This document shows, piece after piece, positions 37,977 through 46,938 of a DNA stretch of 64,000 nt. The DNA is from a virus, in IMG/VR virus record IMGVR_UViG_3300032268_001078, positions 96,001-160,000 of that record. One strand, written 5' to 3'. Each line of letters begins with the position of its first letter. Within the stretch, counting starts at the first letter, position 1. The notes beneath the pieces are model-generated. The model worked only from the letters and a program-made list of their open reading frames with translations. It was not told the DNA's origin and made no database searches. A program made the position numbers and the translations under genes.

Positions 37977-38498
37977 TCAATAAATATGAGGAAGAATCAA
38001 GTCTATACGTTCTTGTGTTGTACCACTTATCGTAATAAGTTTTTTAGGTGGATATCTTTCTAATAACTGTTTTATTTGATAATCAACTTGATCTCTGTAG
38101 TCACTGTTAGTTTCTCTAATACCATTACTTTCAATTTCTACACCTTTAGGATCAACATAAATCACAAGATCATATTCATTTTTCAATTGCATTGCTGCTT
38201 TTTCAAAATGATATTTTTGATTATCGTCAATACTTTTAGCTAAAGCTGTAAATGCACAAACATCATAAATAGTTCTATCTGTAATAAGATTAATTTGCAT
38301 TAATTCAGCACTTCTTTCTGCTAAAAATATAAATTGTCCTTTTAAAGTTGAATCTGTATTTAAAGGAATGCCTAAACTTTGTAAATATTGACTTCTTTCA
38401 GTTGCTTTATGATAGTTATTAAAATGATAATCTTGACATAACGCATTTACTAGAGTTGTTTTACCAACACTCATTGTACCACAGAGACCAATTTTCAT
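37977..38498 (-). CDS. AAA_28 / NadR-type P-loop nucleotide kinase-like ATPase
   Basis: MKIGLCGTMSVGKTT; ITDRTIYD; YDLVIYV. Confidence 0.85.
   Translation of the reverse strand: MKIGLCGTMSVGKTTLVNALCQDYHFNNYHKATERSQYLQSLGIPLNTDSTLKGQFIFLAERSAELMQINLITDRTIYDVCAFTALAKSIDDNQKYHFEKAAMQLKNEYDLVIYVDPKGVEIESNGIRETNSDYRDQVDYQIKQLLERYPPKKLITISGTTQERIDLILPHIY
37980..37987 (-). promoter_or_regulatory. Class I motif ATATTTAT
   Basis: In the last codons of the kinase gene, 14 nt upstream of ATG 37965; could drive the terminase operon. Confidence 0.55.
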
Positions 38499-38504
38499 AT
38501 ATAT

Positions 38505-38533
38505 AATATAATAAATTTTTAATTAAAAACCAA
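38505..38533 (-). promoter_or_regulatory. Class II promoter TTGG-N14-TTTATTATATT
   Basis: Exact spacing, upstream of the kinase. Confidence 0.75.
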
Positions 38534-38534
38534 A

Positions 38535-38771
38535 TTACATTGATTGTTCATATCTTGGATCTTTAGACGGAGGTATTCCATTAAAATCTCTTTTAGTTTC
38601 TAACCATTCTTCTCTGGTCATTTGTTGACCAAAAATATAATACTCATCTTTACTTGATTTATCTTTGTAAATAACAGCGGGTGAATCCCAATTGTGTAGT
38701 ACTCTGCGATCATCATTGTTAAACCAATGAATAATTTTACCACATGTTGTTTTTGTTTTTATTGTTTGCAT
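38535..38771 (-). CDS. Hypothetical protein (likely start MQTIK at 38771)
   Basis: LHNWDSPAV...EYYIFG motif; class II promoter at 38790-38818 favours the shorter start. Confidence 0.6.
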   Translation of the reverse strand: MQTIKTKTTCGKIIHWFNNDDRRVLHNWDSPAVIYKDKSSKDEYYIFGQQMTREEWLETKRDFNGIPPSKDPRYEQSM

Positions 38772-38789
38772 TTTATAACTTATTTTTAT

Positions 38790-38818
38790 AATATAATGTT
38801 TTTTACTTGTATTTCCAA
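38790..38818 (-). promoter_or_regulatory. Class II promoter (TTGG-N14-AACATTATATT)
   Basis: Same spacing; TTGG lies in the last codons of the endonuclease gene. Confidence 0.65.
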
Positions 38819-39480
38819 ATATAACCATATGCTGTTTTTTGTCTTCCTGCAGCACAATCGGCTATACTATTTCCTGATTTTTGTAAATGTCTACCTGCTT
38901 CTAATGCTGATTGATATTCTTTTATTATGTTTCCTTCTAAATCTAACTGTAATATTGTTTTAGCATGAGGATTGTGAGTTCTATTTGGAGCAAATATCTT
39001 CATTGATTTACTTATCTTATCTGACCATAATATTTCTCTACCTTTATGTGCTTTACTTATATTAGGTTGTTTTTTATCAGTTCTTGTTTTACTTATTTTT
39101 TCTTTTGTTTCATCACTCATAGGACCTCTAGGTTTTGATAGTTTTTTACCAAAACCTTCAGGTTTAGGTTTTGATAGTTTTTTTCTTCTTTCTGGATTAG
39201 ATTTCATTTCTTCCGTCCAAAACTCAGGACCACTTCCGCCTTTTTTTCTAATATTTACTACATCAAAACCCCATGCTATAAACTGATTTATCCAAAATGT
39301 TTCTAATGGTTCCCAATCCTCATACTTCAATGAGTCAACTTGATCTATTTCATTATAAATGATATTTTTACCAAATGTTCTTTTATGAGAGTTTTTTCTC
39401 CAGTTTCCTTTAGATTTACCAATATAAACTTTATATGGGGTATTATCTATATTTTCTACTAAATAAATATATGTCATCAA
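38803..39480 (-). CDS. Homing endonuclease-like protein (GIY-YIG-like N-terminus, NUMOD3 repeats, NUMOD1 C-terminus)
   Basis: YIYLVE...VYIGKS; SDETKEKISK repeats; KTILQLDLEGNIIKEYQSALEA...KTAYGYIWKY. Confidence 0.85.
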   Translation of the reverse strand: MMTYIYLVENIDNTPYKVYIGKSKGNWRKNSHKRTFGKNIIYNEIDQVDSLKYEDWEPLETFWINQFIAWGFDVVNIRKKGGSGPEFWTEEMKSNPERRKKLSKPKPEGFGKKLSKPRGPMSDETKEKISKTRTDKKQPNISKAHKGREILWSDKISKSMKIFAPNRTHNPHAKTILQLDLEGNIIKEYQSALEAGRHLQKSGNSIADCAAGRQKTAYGYIWKYK

Positions 39481-39482
39481 TA

Positions 39483-39490
39483 ATAAATAT
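39483..39490 (-). promoter_or_regulatory. Class I motif ATATTTAT
   Basis: 2 and 5 nt upstream of the tandem ATGs of the NUMOD endonuclease. Confidence 0.6.
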
Positions 39491-39507
39491 TACCAGAAAT
39501 GAAAAAC

Positions 39508-40869
39508 CTACACAAAAGATATCAAATCTCCATCATACCATGATTTTACTTCATTATCTTTTTCTAAAATATTTATTGTATTTTGTGTTCTAATAATACT
39601 TTCAGCTACATATATTCCATGTGCACCAGAAACAGTAATACCACGAGCAGACAATGCATCACCTACAAAATATATATTAGGATATTGTACTAAAGATAGA
39701 TTTTTATAATCAACTTTTACTTCAGGCGACAAATATTTTACTTCTGGGATATAAACACCCCAATCATTACTAAATTCAAAAATATCTTTCATATCTAAAA
39801 TAAAACTTTCAACATAATCCCAATATTCACCCATTACTTGTCTTACTTTTTGTAAATCTTGAATTTGATAAGCACTGATATCTTTACCTTCAGATGTTGT
39901 TCCTGGTTTTCTTGATGGAGAATAATATAATCCTTTACCATCTTTTTGTAATTGATTTACTACATTTCTTGACCATTCAAATGGATTTTCAATTCCTTTG
40001 ATTTCCATAATAATACCAAAATTAGTTAAGTTGTTTCTAAATTCTTCACCTTTTTTAGCATGACCATTGTAAGTAATATCACCATAAGTTTCTTCAACTG
40101 CTACATAAGCAGCATTATTATTAGTACAAAAACTTCTAATACTTATTTTATCATCTGATTGATATAGTTTAAAATCATAACTAACATCAATTAGTTTTTG
40201 AAAGTATTTTTGTGGTGCTTCAAATCTAACTCCTATTTGTACTGATTTTGGTTCATCAGGTAATTCATAATCCTTTGCTAAGTGTTGAGCAAAATCAATT
40301 CCTGATTTACCTACTGCGAATATTAATTCATCATATGAAATAGGTTCTAATGAATTATCTAATTCAACATATTCATATTTAAAATCAATAAATGTTACTT
40401 TTGTTTCCCATTCAAAATTCACACCTTTATCTACTAAATAACTGTACCAATTTTTAGCAATTTCATGAAGAAAATTTGAACCAATATGCCATACAGGTGA
40501 CATTCTTAATGTAAATTTAGGTTTAATAAAATCAGGTTCTTCTTGTGGATTACTTAAAAATATTTCTTCTGGTTTTGGATGGAATCGTCTAAAGTTTTCA
40601 ACTACTTCATCCATTAAAGACAAAGCTTTAGTTTCACCACAGTATTTAGATAACTGACCTCCTTGACTTGTTGATACTACTAATTTTCCATCAGACCATC
40701 CACCAGCACCTAACATACCTTCCATTACTTCTTCAGGTAAACGATTATGGGGGTCTTTACCCATATCAATAATAGTAATTAAACTACCATCATAACCATT
40801 ATCTACTAATTTAGTAGCAGCGTTAATTCCAGCAACACCTGCTCCTACGATAACTATTTTTTTACTCAT
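39508..40869 (-). CDS. FAD-dependent oxidoreductase (COG2509-like)
   Basis: IVIVGAGVAG Rossmann motif; GAGGWSDGKL; IGVRFE; RSFCTN; FVGDALSARGI. Confidence 0.88.
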   Translation of the reverse strand: MSKKIVIVGAGVAGINAATKLVDNGYDGSLITIIDMGKDPHNRLPEEVMEGMLGAGGWSDGKLVVSTSQGGQLSKYCGETKALSLMDEVVENFRRFHPKPEEIFLSNPQEEPDFIKPKFTLRMSPVWHIGSNFLHEIAKNWYSYLVDKGVNFEWETKVTFIDFKYEYVELDNSLEPISYDELIFAVGKSGIDFAQHLAKDYELPDEPKSVQIGVRFEAPQKYFQKLIDVSYDFKLYQSDDKISIRSFCTNNNAAYVAVEETYGDITYNGHAKKGEEFRNNLTNFGIIMEIKGIENPFEWSRNVVNQLQKDGKGLYYSPSRKPGTTSEGKDISAYQIQDLQKVRQVMGEYWDYVESFILDMKDIFEFSNDWGVYIPEVKYLSPEVKVDYKNLSLVQYPNIYFVGDALSARGITVSGAHGIYVAESIIRTQNTINILEKDNEVKSWYDGDLISFV

Positions 40870-40878
40870 AACTTAGAT

Positions 40879-40907
40879 AATATAATAAAATTTGATAGAA
40901 AAACCAA
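40879..40907 (-). promoter_or_regulatory. Class II promoter TTGG-N14-TTTATTATATT
   Basis: Upstream of the FAD oxidoreductase. Confidence 0.75.
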
Positions 40908-41138
40908 CTATCCTTTAAGCCACTTATCTAAAATTGACTGTTGTTTTTGTGAAGCTTGATAGTTTTGTAATTTAATTGTATTTAATACTTTATAAATAAA
41001 TTCAGTATTAGTATTAATATCAGCCCAACGTTTAAACCAAAGCCAAGCTTGTTCTCCTTCAGCATAACGCCCACCATTTCTATAAACTAGCGGACTAAAA
41101 CTTTCTAAAAGTGATTTTAAGGAAATATGAGACATCAA
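40908..41138 (-). CDS. Hypothetical protein with ISLKSLLE N-terminus, possible internal head protein
   Basis: 76 aa; N-terminus resembles the other LxE-leader proteins. Confidence 0.5.
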   Translation of the reverse strand: MMSHISLKSLLESFSPLVYRNGGRYAEGEQAWLWFKRWADINTNTEFIYKVLNTIKLQNYQASQKQQSILDKWLKG

Positions 41139-41140
41139 TA

Positions 41141-42235
41141 CTAAATATTGAAATAGGTTTGATTTTGTAAACCTTTTTCTTTATCCCACAAGAAAGCTTC
41201 AGCAGATTTACGAGCTCCAATGTATCCTTTTTTATGATGCCAACTATCTGTGCCACTTAAGCTACTCATATAACGAACCATTACGCCTTGTAGTTCATTG
41301 GTAGTATTAAATTTAGTTTCTTTTTTATGATGTAAATGACCTAAATGAAATTCTCTATATATAGTTTTAGCCCATTCAATAGGATTTTCTTGAGCCATTA
41401 TCATTGGTAAATCTGTTACTTTTTCATTATTACCATGAGTAAGACCAATTAAACATTTACCATATGTGAAATACTTACGTGGACTTGCATTGTTATCTAT
41501 AGTAACATTTTCATTATTATGAAACCATCCTTGTAAACTATCACCTAAATAAAAACTACGCTCATAATCATGGTTACCAGGAATAACTTTAACTGTTACT
41601 GGTGCTATTTCTGATAATTTTTGAATACCTGTAATTAATAATTCACGGCCTTTTCTAAATGTATTTTGCCATCTAGTATCTTCTTCTTGAGGTGTGCCAC
41701 TTGTTGTAGCATTAAAAGGATGAGATCTATCTGAATTGAAGAAATCGTTTGAGATTGGAAATAGTATTTGATCTATATTAAAATTTTTATAGGTTTCAAT
41801 AAAATAATCAATACAATCATTGAAACGTTGTGTTGCAATATTAATATTATAATTTTCTCCAACTTCTTCATGCCAAGCTACTTTTCCAAAATGTAAATCA
41901 AAAATATTAATTTCTAATAGTTTACCAGGTTCAAGACTTGATAAAGTTGATTTTGATTTTACTACAGGAGATAACGATTTTAAATCATCTATAAATTGTT
42001 TTCTAATAGCATTTAAATCTATTTCTACTTGTTTACGATTTAACCATACTTTTACTTGAAATAAAGGTGTAGTTACAATTTTTCCATCTGGTCCTTTTGC
42101 ACCTACTTCCCAACTGTTAACTATTTGTTTTTCTATATTCCATTCTTCTAATGAGATATTATGAATATTTAATAGTTGTTCTGTAGTTACAACTCTATTA
42201 GTAACCTCAGATGTTAAAACTTTTTCTATGCTCAT
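41141..42235 (-). CDS. Calcineurin-like metallophosphoesterase
   Basis: DLHFG, NDFF, PGNHD, THG and GHLHH metal-binding motifs. Confidence 0.88.
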   Translation of the reverse strand: MSIEKVLTSEVTNRVVTTEQLLNIHNISLEEWNIEKQIVNSWEVGAKGPDGKIVTTPLFQVKVWLNRKQVEIDLNAIRKQFIDDLKSLSPVVKSKSTLSSLEPGKLLEINIFDLHFGKVAWHEEVGENYNINIATQRFNDCIDYFIETYKNFNIDQILFPISNDFFNSDRSHPFNATTSGTPQEEDTRWQNTFRKGRELLITGIQKLSEIAPVTVKVIPGNHDYERSFYLGDSLQGWFHNNENVTIDNNASPRKYFTYGKCLIGLTHGNNEKVTDLPMIMAQENPIEWAKTIYREFHLGHLHHKKETKFNTTNELQGVMVRYMSSLSGTDSWHHKKGYIGARKSAEAFLWDKEKGLQNQTYFNI

Positions 42236-42247
42236 AAATTATTTTAT

Positions 42248-42279
42248 ATAAATATAATAAAATTTTTCTAAAATCCCAA
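42248..42279 (-). promoter_or_regulatory. Overlapping class II (42251-42279) and class I (42248-42255) motifs
   Basis: TTGG-N14-TTTATTATATTTAT upstream of the phosphoesterase. Confidence 0.75.
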
Positions 42280-43302
42280 TTTTTCCTGGATTTTGTTTAG
42301 TACTTCTTCAGTACTCACTTCATTTTTTATAGGTTTATATTTAATTTCATGTCTTACTTCATTGCCATAAATTCTAGTTATATTGTCTTGAAACTCATGG
42401 TTTGGGGGTGTAAAATCACTAATCAAAAATACGTGACAGTCACAACTATGTGCTAACCAACTCAAACCACTTGATACACCTATAAAATAAGAAGCTGAAG
42501 TTAGTTCGTTTACTCTGTCTTCTATTGGATAGTCGCCTGTTTTATCGATTATGTTTTTTAAGTTGGTTTTTTCGCGCGAAATCACCACAACTTCATAACC
42601 TTTTTCGACGAGGGTATCAATAATTTTTTGCCAATCACCGTGCCACATTTTCATATCTAAACTAGCAAATTCACTTATGCAAATTTTGTTAGATTGTTTT
42701 TCTAAATTTGGTTTTTTCACATTAGCTTTTAAATGAACTCTGTCTAAACCTAAAATATCAGCTGCTATAAATGGAAGTGGTTCAGTAATATAAGAAGAAG
42801 GTTGATAAATTGGTTCATTTTTATCATGAGTTCCAACATAGTATTGAGCATACACATTATCTATTCTTGTATTAGGTTGAACAAACATAATATCTGGATA
42901 AGTTTCTATAAATAAATTATTCCAAAAAGTTGAGCAAATTATTTTAGCTCCACTTGCTTGTCTAAGTGCTTCAATATATGGAATCCATGCTAAGTTATCA
43001 CCTAAAGCATAAGCATCTATTTTTATAAATACTACTTTATCTTTACAATTATAAACATCAGTATGAATTATTTCATTATTATTTTTAATAATTTCTACTT
43101 TCCAAAGTACTAAATACTGTACAGGACCACAAAACGGAACACCAGGAGTTATAGGCAATTCCATAAATCGATTTAATAAAGTATTAGTAAGTCTAACAGA
43201 ATAAGTGTGTTGTAATTCTTCTTCAGAATCAATTGTTAAAAGTACTTCAGGTGAACCTTGTTGAATAGGTAAATGTGTAATGTATTTTATAGAATATTTC
43301 AC
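42268..43302 (-). CDS. Aah/TibC-family (autotransporter O-heptosyltransferase-like, GT9-related) glycosyltransferase
   Basis: AYALGDNLAWIPY, STFWNNLF, WQKIIDTL..KGYEVVVIS, FIGVSSGLSWLA...LISDFT...EF; GTG start. Confidence 0.82.
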   Translation of the reverse strand: MKYSIKYITHLPIQQGSPEVLLTIDSEEELQHTYSVRLTNTLLNRFMELPITPGVPFCGPVQYLVLWKVEIIKNNNEIIHTDVYNCKDKVVFIKIDAYALGDNLAWIPYIEALRQASGAKIICSTFWNNLFIETYPDIMFVQPNTRIDNVYAQYYVGTHDKNEPIYQPSSYITEPLPFIAADILGLDRVHLKANVKKPNLEKQSNKICISEFASLDMKMWHGDWQKIIDTLVEKGYEVVVISREKTNLKNIIDKTGDYPIEDRVNELTSASYFIGVSSGLSWLAHSCDCHVFLISDFTPPNHEFQDNITRIYGNEVRHEIKYKPIKNEVSTEEVLNKIQEKLGF

Positions 43303-43308
43303 CCTATT

Positions 43309-43336
43309 AATATAATAAAACCTTTAATAAAAACAA
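43309..43336 (-). promoter_or_regulatory. Class II promoter variant (TTG-N14-TTTATTATATT)
   Basis: Upstream of the glycosyltransferase; TTG is one nt closer than in the other copies. Confidence 0.6.
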
Positions 43337-43834
43337 TTATGAAGGAATTCTTATGTAAGATCCTGATATTCTATAACCACTTCCAGTAAATGAAGCTGCT
43401 ATATTATAATAGGCTCCACCTAAACTTACAGACATAGTAACTCCGGGAGCTCCACTTAAACGTTTTTGATAAATGTCTGTTATAAATTCATTTCCTCCAC
43501 CATTATATGTTCCTATAAAATACGAAGAACCACCTACAATAGATGAATTAAGTATTGATCCTGATGTAGCTGTCCAACTTAATTGATAATGAACAGGGGC
43601 ATTAGTTGATGTATCAGTTGCAGGAATTTGTAAGAATATTGTATTTGAAGGGTTACTACCAAAACTATAATTAAAAGTTGTTGGTAAGGATGAGGTTAAG
43701 TTAGTATTATTAACAATTAATGAACCAGTTATATTAACATTTCCATCTATTAAAGTACTACCTGTTATTTGTAGAGCGTATCCATTACTACTCCCACTGT
43801 CTTGTATTTCTATTCCAAAATCAAATGTTGACAT
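43337..43834 (-). CDS. Ser/Gly-rich virion accessory protein, 165 aa
   Basis: ITGSTLIDGNVNITGSL motif shared with the fibre proteins. Confidence 0.55.
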   Translation of the reverse strand: MSTFDFGIEIQDSGSSNGYALQITGSTLIDGNVNITGSLIVNNTNLTSSLPTTFNYSFGSNPSNTIFLQIPATDTSTNAPVHYQLSWTATSGSILNSSIVGGSSYFIGTYNGGGNEFITDIYQKRLSGAPGVTMSVSLGGAYYNIAASFTGSGYRISGSYIRIPS

Positions 43835-43835
43835 G

Positions 43836-45692
43836 TTATTTTCTTATCATTAAAGTTGTACCGTTTGCATAAACTCCTCCCACAGGAACACCATTAGTTG
43901 CAGCGTGCGCACTACTACTATAATTCATATTAACCACTTGAGGCAGTACTATTGTACCATCATTTTGACTACCTCCATTTACTTTAGTTATTACTACTTC
44001 AAATAAATTAGTTCTAGGGCCTGATATATTTCCAGCTCCTACAATAAATGGTCTATAACCAACTGTATTATATGTGGTTGTTTGTTCTATATTTCCATGT
44101 CCTACTACAAATTGAGCAGTAGCTGAGGCTATAGTTTGATAACCACTAGTATGTGAATACTCTGATTTTGTTGTTGTTTTGTAACCTTCAGTGTGTGATG
44201 CTTGTCCTATAGTTGTTGTTAACCAGCCTTCAGCGTGTGAATATTGTCCAGAAGCGGTAACATATATACCTTCAGCATGTGAATAAAGTCCTGATGCTAA
44301 TGTATAATATCCTTCAGCGTGAGCTCCTTCAGCTTTAGTTGTAGTAAATCCACCTTCAGTATGTGAAAATTGACCTATAGCTTTAGTTGCTCCTCCTTCA
44401 GCGTGACTATCTGGACTTACAGCTGAAGATGAATTTCCTTCAGCATGAGAATAATCTCCTATAGTTATGGTGTAAAATCCTTCACTATGAGACGATATAC
44501 CTAAAGCTGTAGTACTTAATCCTTCAGCATGTGAATAATTACCCTTAGCTGTTGAAGATCCTCCTTCAGCGTGACTGTAAAGTCCAGAAGCTGATACTGT
44601 ATTTCCATTAGCAAATGAATAACTACCAACTGCTATAGAAGCTAAACCAAATGCAACTGATGATAATGATGAACTATTATTACTAGCTCCTATATTAACT
44701 GAAGATGTAGTTGAATTACCAACAGATGTTACAGATTGTAAATTTTGATTAGTACTGTTTGCTAAATTTAAAGTTCCAGCTGTTTGATTATAACCATTAA
44801 AGAATGTAACAGTATTACTTGATATAGAAGCAGATGCAAAATTTCCACTTGCTGTACCTCGTAAAGATCCTGTTGCTCCTGCTAAAAATACTGCTGAACC
44901 ACTAAAATAACTTGTATAAGTAGATGTATTACTATTATAACCACGTGTTCCACCAAATATAGCGTAAGGTACTGTATCAAAGGTTGTTTTACGAATAGTA
45001 AGAAGTGATGTTGCTGGTATTGTACTTGAACTTAAAACAAAATGCATAGTTGGAGCATCTTGTCCGCTAGGCTCAAATGCTACTATATTACCATTTCCAA
45101 AAGCATAATTTAATGCTAAAAATTGTTGGTTAGTTCCTACTCCAGGTTCCTCTCCTCTAAATACTTTTATTCCACCTAAAAAACCATCAAGACTTTCACT
45201 TGCTACTATTTGTAAATTTCCATCAATATTAGTTGTAGAACCACTAAATCTTACATCATTATAAAAAGTAGTAGGCAAATAAAAACTAGCTGTTTGAGGA
45301 TCAGATCCATTACTACTAGTTACTGAAAAACTACCTGTAAATTGAAAAAATCCACCTCTTCCAACAGATTCACTTAGAATAGTAAATGAATTAGTAACAT
45401 AATTTGAATAAGTAGCAAATAATGAATAATTAGTTACATTAGAAGCACTTAAAGCATAACTTGCTGTTTTAGCATTCATAGCATATGAAGCTGTAAATTT
45501 ACCTAAGTCTTTAATTTCAATTCCACCACCATTAGATCTTGATAAAATTAAACTATTACTTTGAAAATAATGTGTTGTATAACTAACACTTTGTGATTGT
45601 AAAGCAGCGTACTGTATATTATTGTCACCTTCTGTAAAAGTAAGAGGTGATCCTTTGACGTTTCTTAATACTAATGAACCTAAATCTGGCAT
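43836..45692 (-). CDS. Fibre/adhesin-like protein with YadA-type SHAEG repeats
   Basis: N-terminal LRNVKGSPLTFTEGDNN; about 12 repeats of the 14-aa xSHAEGxxTxAxG unit. Confidence 0.75.
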   Translation of the reverse strand: MPDLGSLVLRNVKGSPLTFTEGDNNIQYAALQSQSVSYTTHYFQSNSLILSRSNGGGIEIKDLGKFTASYAMNAKTASYALSASNVTNYSLFATYSNYVTNSFTILSESVGRGGFFQFTGSFSVTSSNGSDPQTASFYLPTTFYNDVRFSGSTTNIDGNLQIVASESLDGFLGGIKVFRGEEPGVGTNQQFLALNYAFGNGNIVAFEPSGQDAPTMHFVLSSSTIPATSLLTIRKTTFDTVPYAIFGGTRGYNSNTSTYTSYFSGSAVFLAGATGSLRGTASGNFASASISSNTVTFFNGYNQTAGTLNLANSTNQNLQSVTSVGNSTTSSVNIGASNNSSSLSSVAFGLASIAVGSYSFANGNTVSASGLYSHAEGGSSTAKGNYSHAEGLSTTALGISSHSEGFYTITIGDYSHAEGNSSSAVSPDSHAEGGATKAIGQFSHTEGGFTTTKAEGAHAEGYYTLASGLYSHAEGIYVTASGQYSHAEGWLTTTIGQASHTEGYKTTTKSEYSHTSGYQTIASATAQFVVGHGNIEQTTTYNTVGYRPFIVGAGNISGPRTNLFEVVITKVNGGSQNDGTIVLPQVVNMNYSSSAHAATNGVPVGGVYANGTTLMIRK

Positions 45693-45707
45693 AGTTTGTT
45701 ATTTGTT

Positions 45708-45715
45708 ATAAATAT
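45708..45715 (-). promoter_or_regulatory. Class I motif ATATTTAT
   Basis: 15 nt upstream of the SHAEG-repeat gene. Confidence 0.65.
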
Positions 45716-45722
45716 ATTAATA

Positions 45723-46043
45723 TTATTTTTCTCTTATTAATAACTCTCCTAACACCTCTAAACGTCCAACTTCTCGTTGAAATTCAATTGGTGTCATATT
45801 TAATGATATTTTTTTTAATGTTTGTTCAAATTCCTTTTCAGCAACTTCTTTATTAAATTTGCTTTCAGTAGCTTTTTTATAGTAAGGAGCTTTAACTTTA
45901 AAGTGATGCCATGTTAATAAAGCTAAACCACCTTTTTCTTTAGCATTTGAAGCTATTTTAGCAGCACCTTCACCACGTTTTTTGGCAAACTCTTCAAAAG
46001 TTTCTTTCTTTATTTCTAATAATAATTTTATCAAGTTTATCAT
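45723..46043 (-). CDS. Putative internal head protein
   Basis: N-terminal MINLIKLLLE. Confidence 0.55.
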   Translation of the reverse strand: MINLIKLLLEIKKETFEEFAKKRGEGAAKIASNAKEKGGLALLTWHHFKVKAPYYKKATESKFNKEVAEKEFEQTLKKISLNMTPIEFQREVGRLEVLGELLIREK

Positions 46044-46927
46044 TATCTACCTACAAGAAGAGATGTTTTAGTGCTATCAGGTTGGCCAGACATATCTGGA
46101 TTATAATTTGGATTTCTTTGTTTATATCCTACTAACGGCGTTGAACGTCCTGAACTATCAATAACCTTAATTGTTATTTGTCTGTTTTTAATAGTAGGAA
46201 GTAATTTTTTCAAAAATTCAACAAAGTCTCTTCTATCAGGGAATAATTCAGCTATGTCTCTTTCTTCAGAGTTTTTATTAACATTATATAAATAGTATCC
46301 TGATTTTAATTCAATAGGACCCTTAACCTTTTGAGAGTATTTTAATTCAACATATGGTTTTAAGAATCTAAATACAGATACTTTGTATGTTGTAGATTTT
46401 TCTATTTTAGTACCGTCTTCTTGATCATATATTTTAGTTCTTGTTATATAGACATTATTATATCTGTCTTTCTCATCTACTTTAATTTTCTTAAATATTA
46501 AATCTTTATCTGCACCTGTAGTTAAATCACCAAATTCTGAAGTGTCTCCAAGATCAAAAACATTGTCATTTGGTTCAACTTCTGGTGTTGTTACTTTTTT
46601 AGTTACATCACCCCTTAATGGAATTAAAATTCCTGCTTGTTTTAAGTCAGGAATAAAAGCTCTATTAATAGCTTGTCTACTAGTATAACCAAAAACAGTC
46701 ATTAAATCAGTAGACGTTAAAAAATCTTTATATTGAAGTTTTTCTAAACCTGATTTTAGTGTTTTATATCCTCTAGATGAGTTGTATTGATGAGTATTTT
46801 GAAAGTTAGTTGCTTTTGTTTCCCAATCATCTGCCAAAGTAAACATTTCTGTCATTCTAGGCATTTCTTCTAGATTGCGTCTTACAGCTTCATTTAGTAC
46901 TTTTACTATAAATTTTTTAATATCCAT
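46043..46927 (-). CDS. Putative internal head protein, possible HTH region
   Basis: MDIKKFIVKVLNEAVRRNLEEM leader. Confidence 0.55.
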   Translation of the reverse strand: MDIKKFIVKVLNEAVRRNLEEMPRMTEMFTLADDWETKATNFQNTHQYNSSRGYKTLKSGLEKLQYKDFLTSTDLMTVFGYTSRQAINRAFIPDLKQAGILIPLRGDVTKKVTTPEVEPNDNVFDLGDTSEFGDLTTGADKDLIFKKIKVDEKDRYNNVYITRTKIYDQEDGTKIEKSTTYKVSVFRFLKPYVELKYSQKVKGPIELKSGYYLYNVNKNSEERDIAELFPDRRDFVEFLKKLLPTIKNRQITIKVIDSSGRSTPLVGYKQRNPNYNPDMSGQPDSTKTSLLVGR

Positions 46928-46938
46928 ATTATTAATTA

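Noticed and set aside
37780-37980. Small terminase subunit upstream of terL
   Set aside because: Position is suggestive, but the ~61-66 aa sequence has no recognisable terS features; left as hypothetical
38772-38855. N-terminal extension of the 106-aa ORF (start 38855)
   Set aside because: Overlaps the endonuclease by 53 nt and spans a class II promoter; start at 38771 is more plausible
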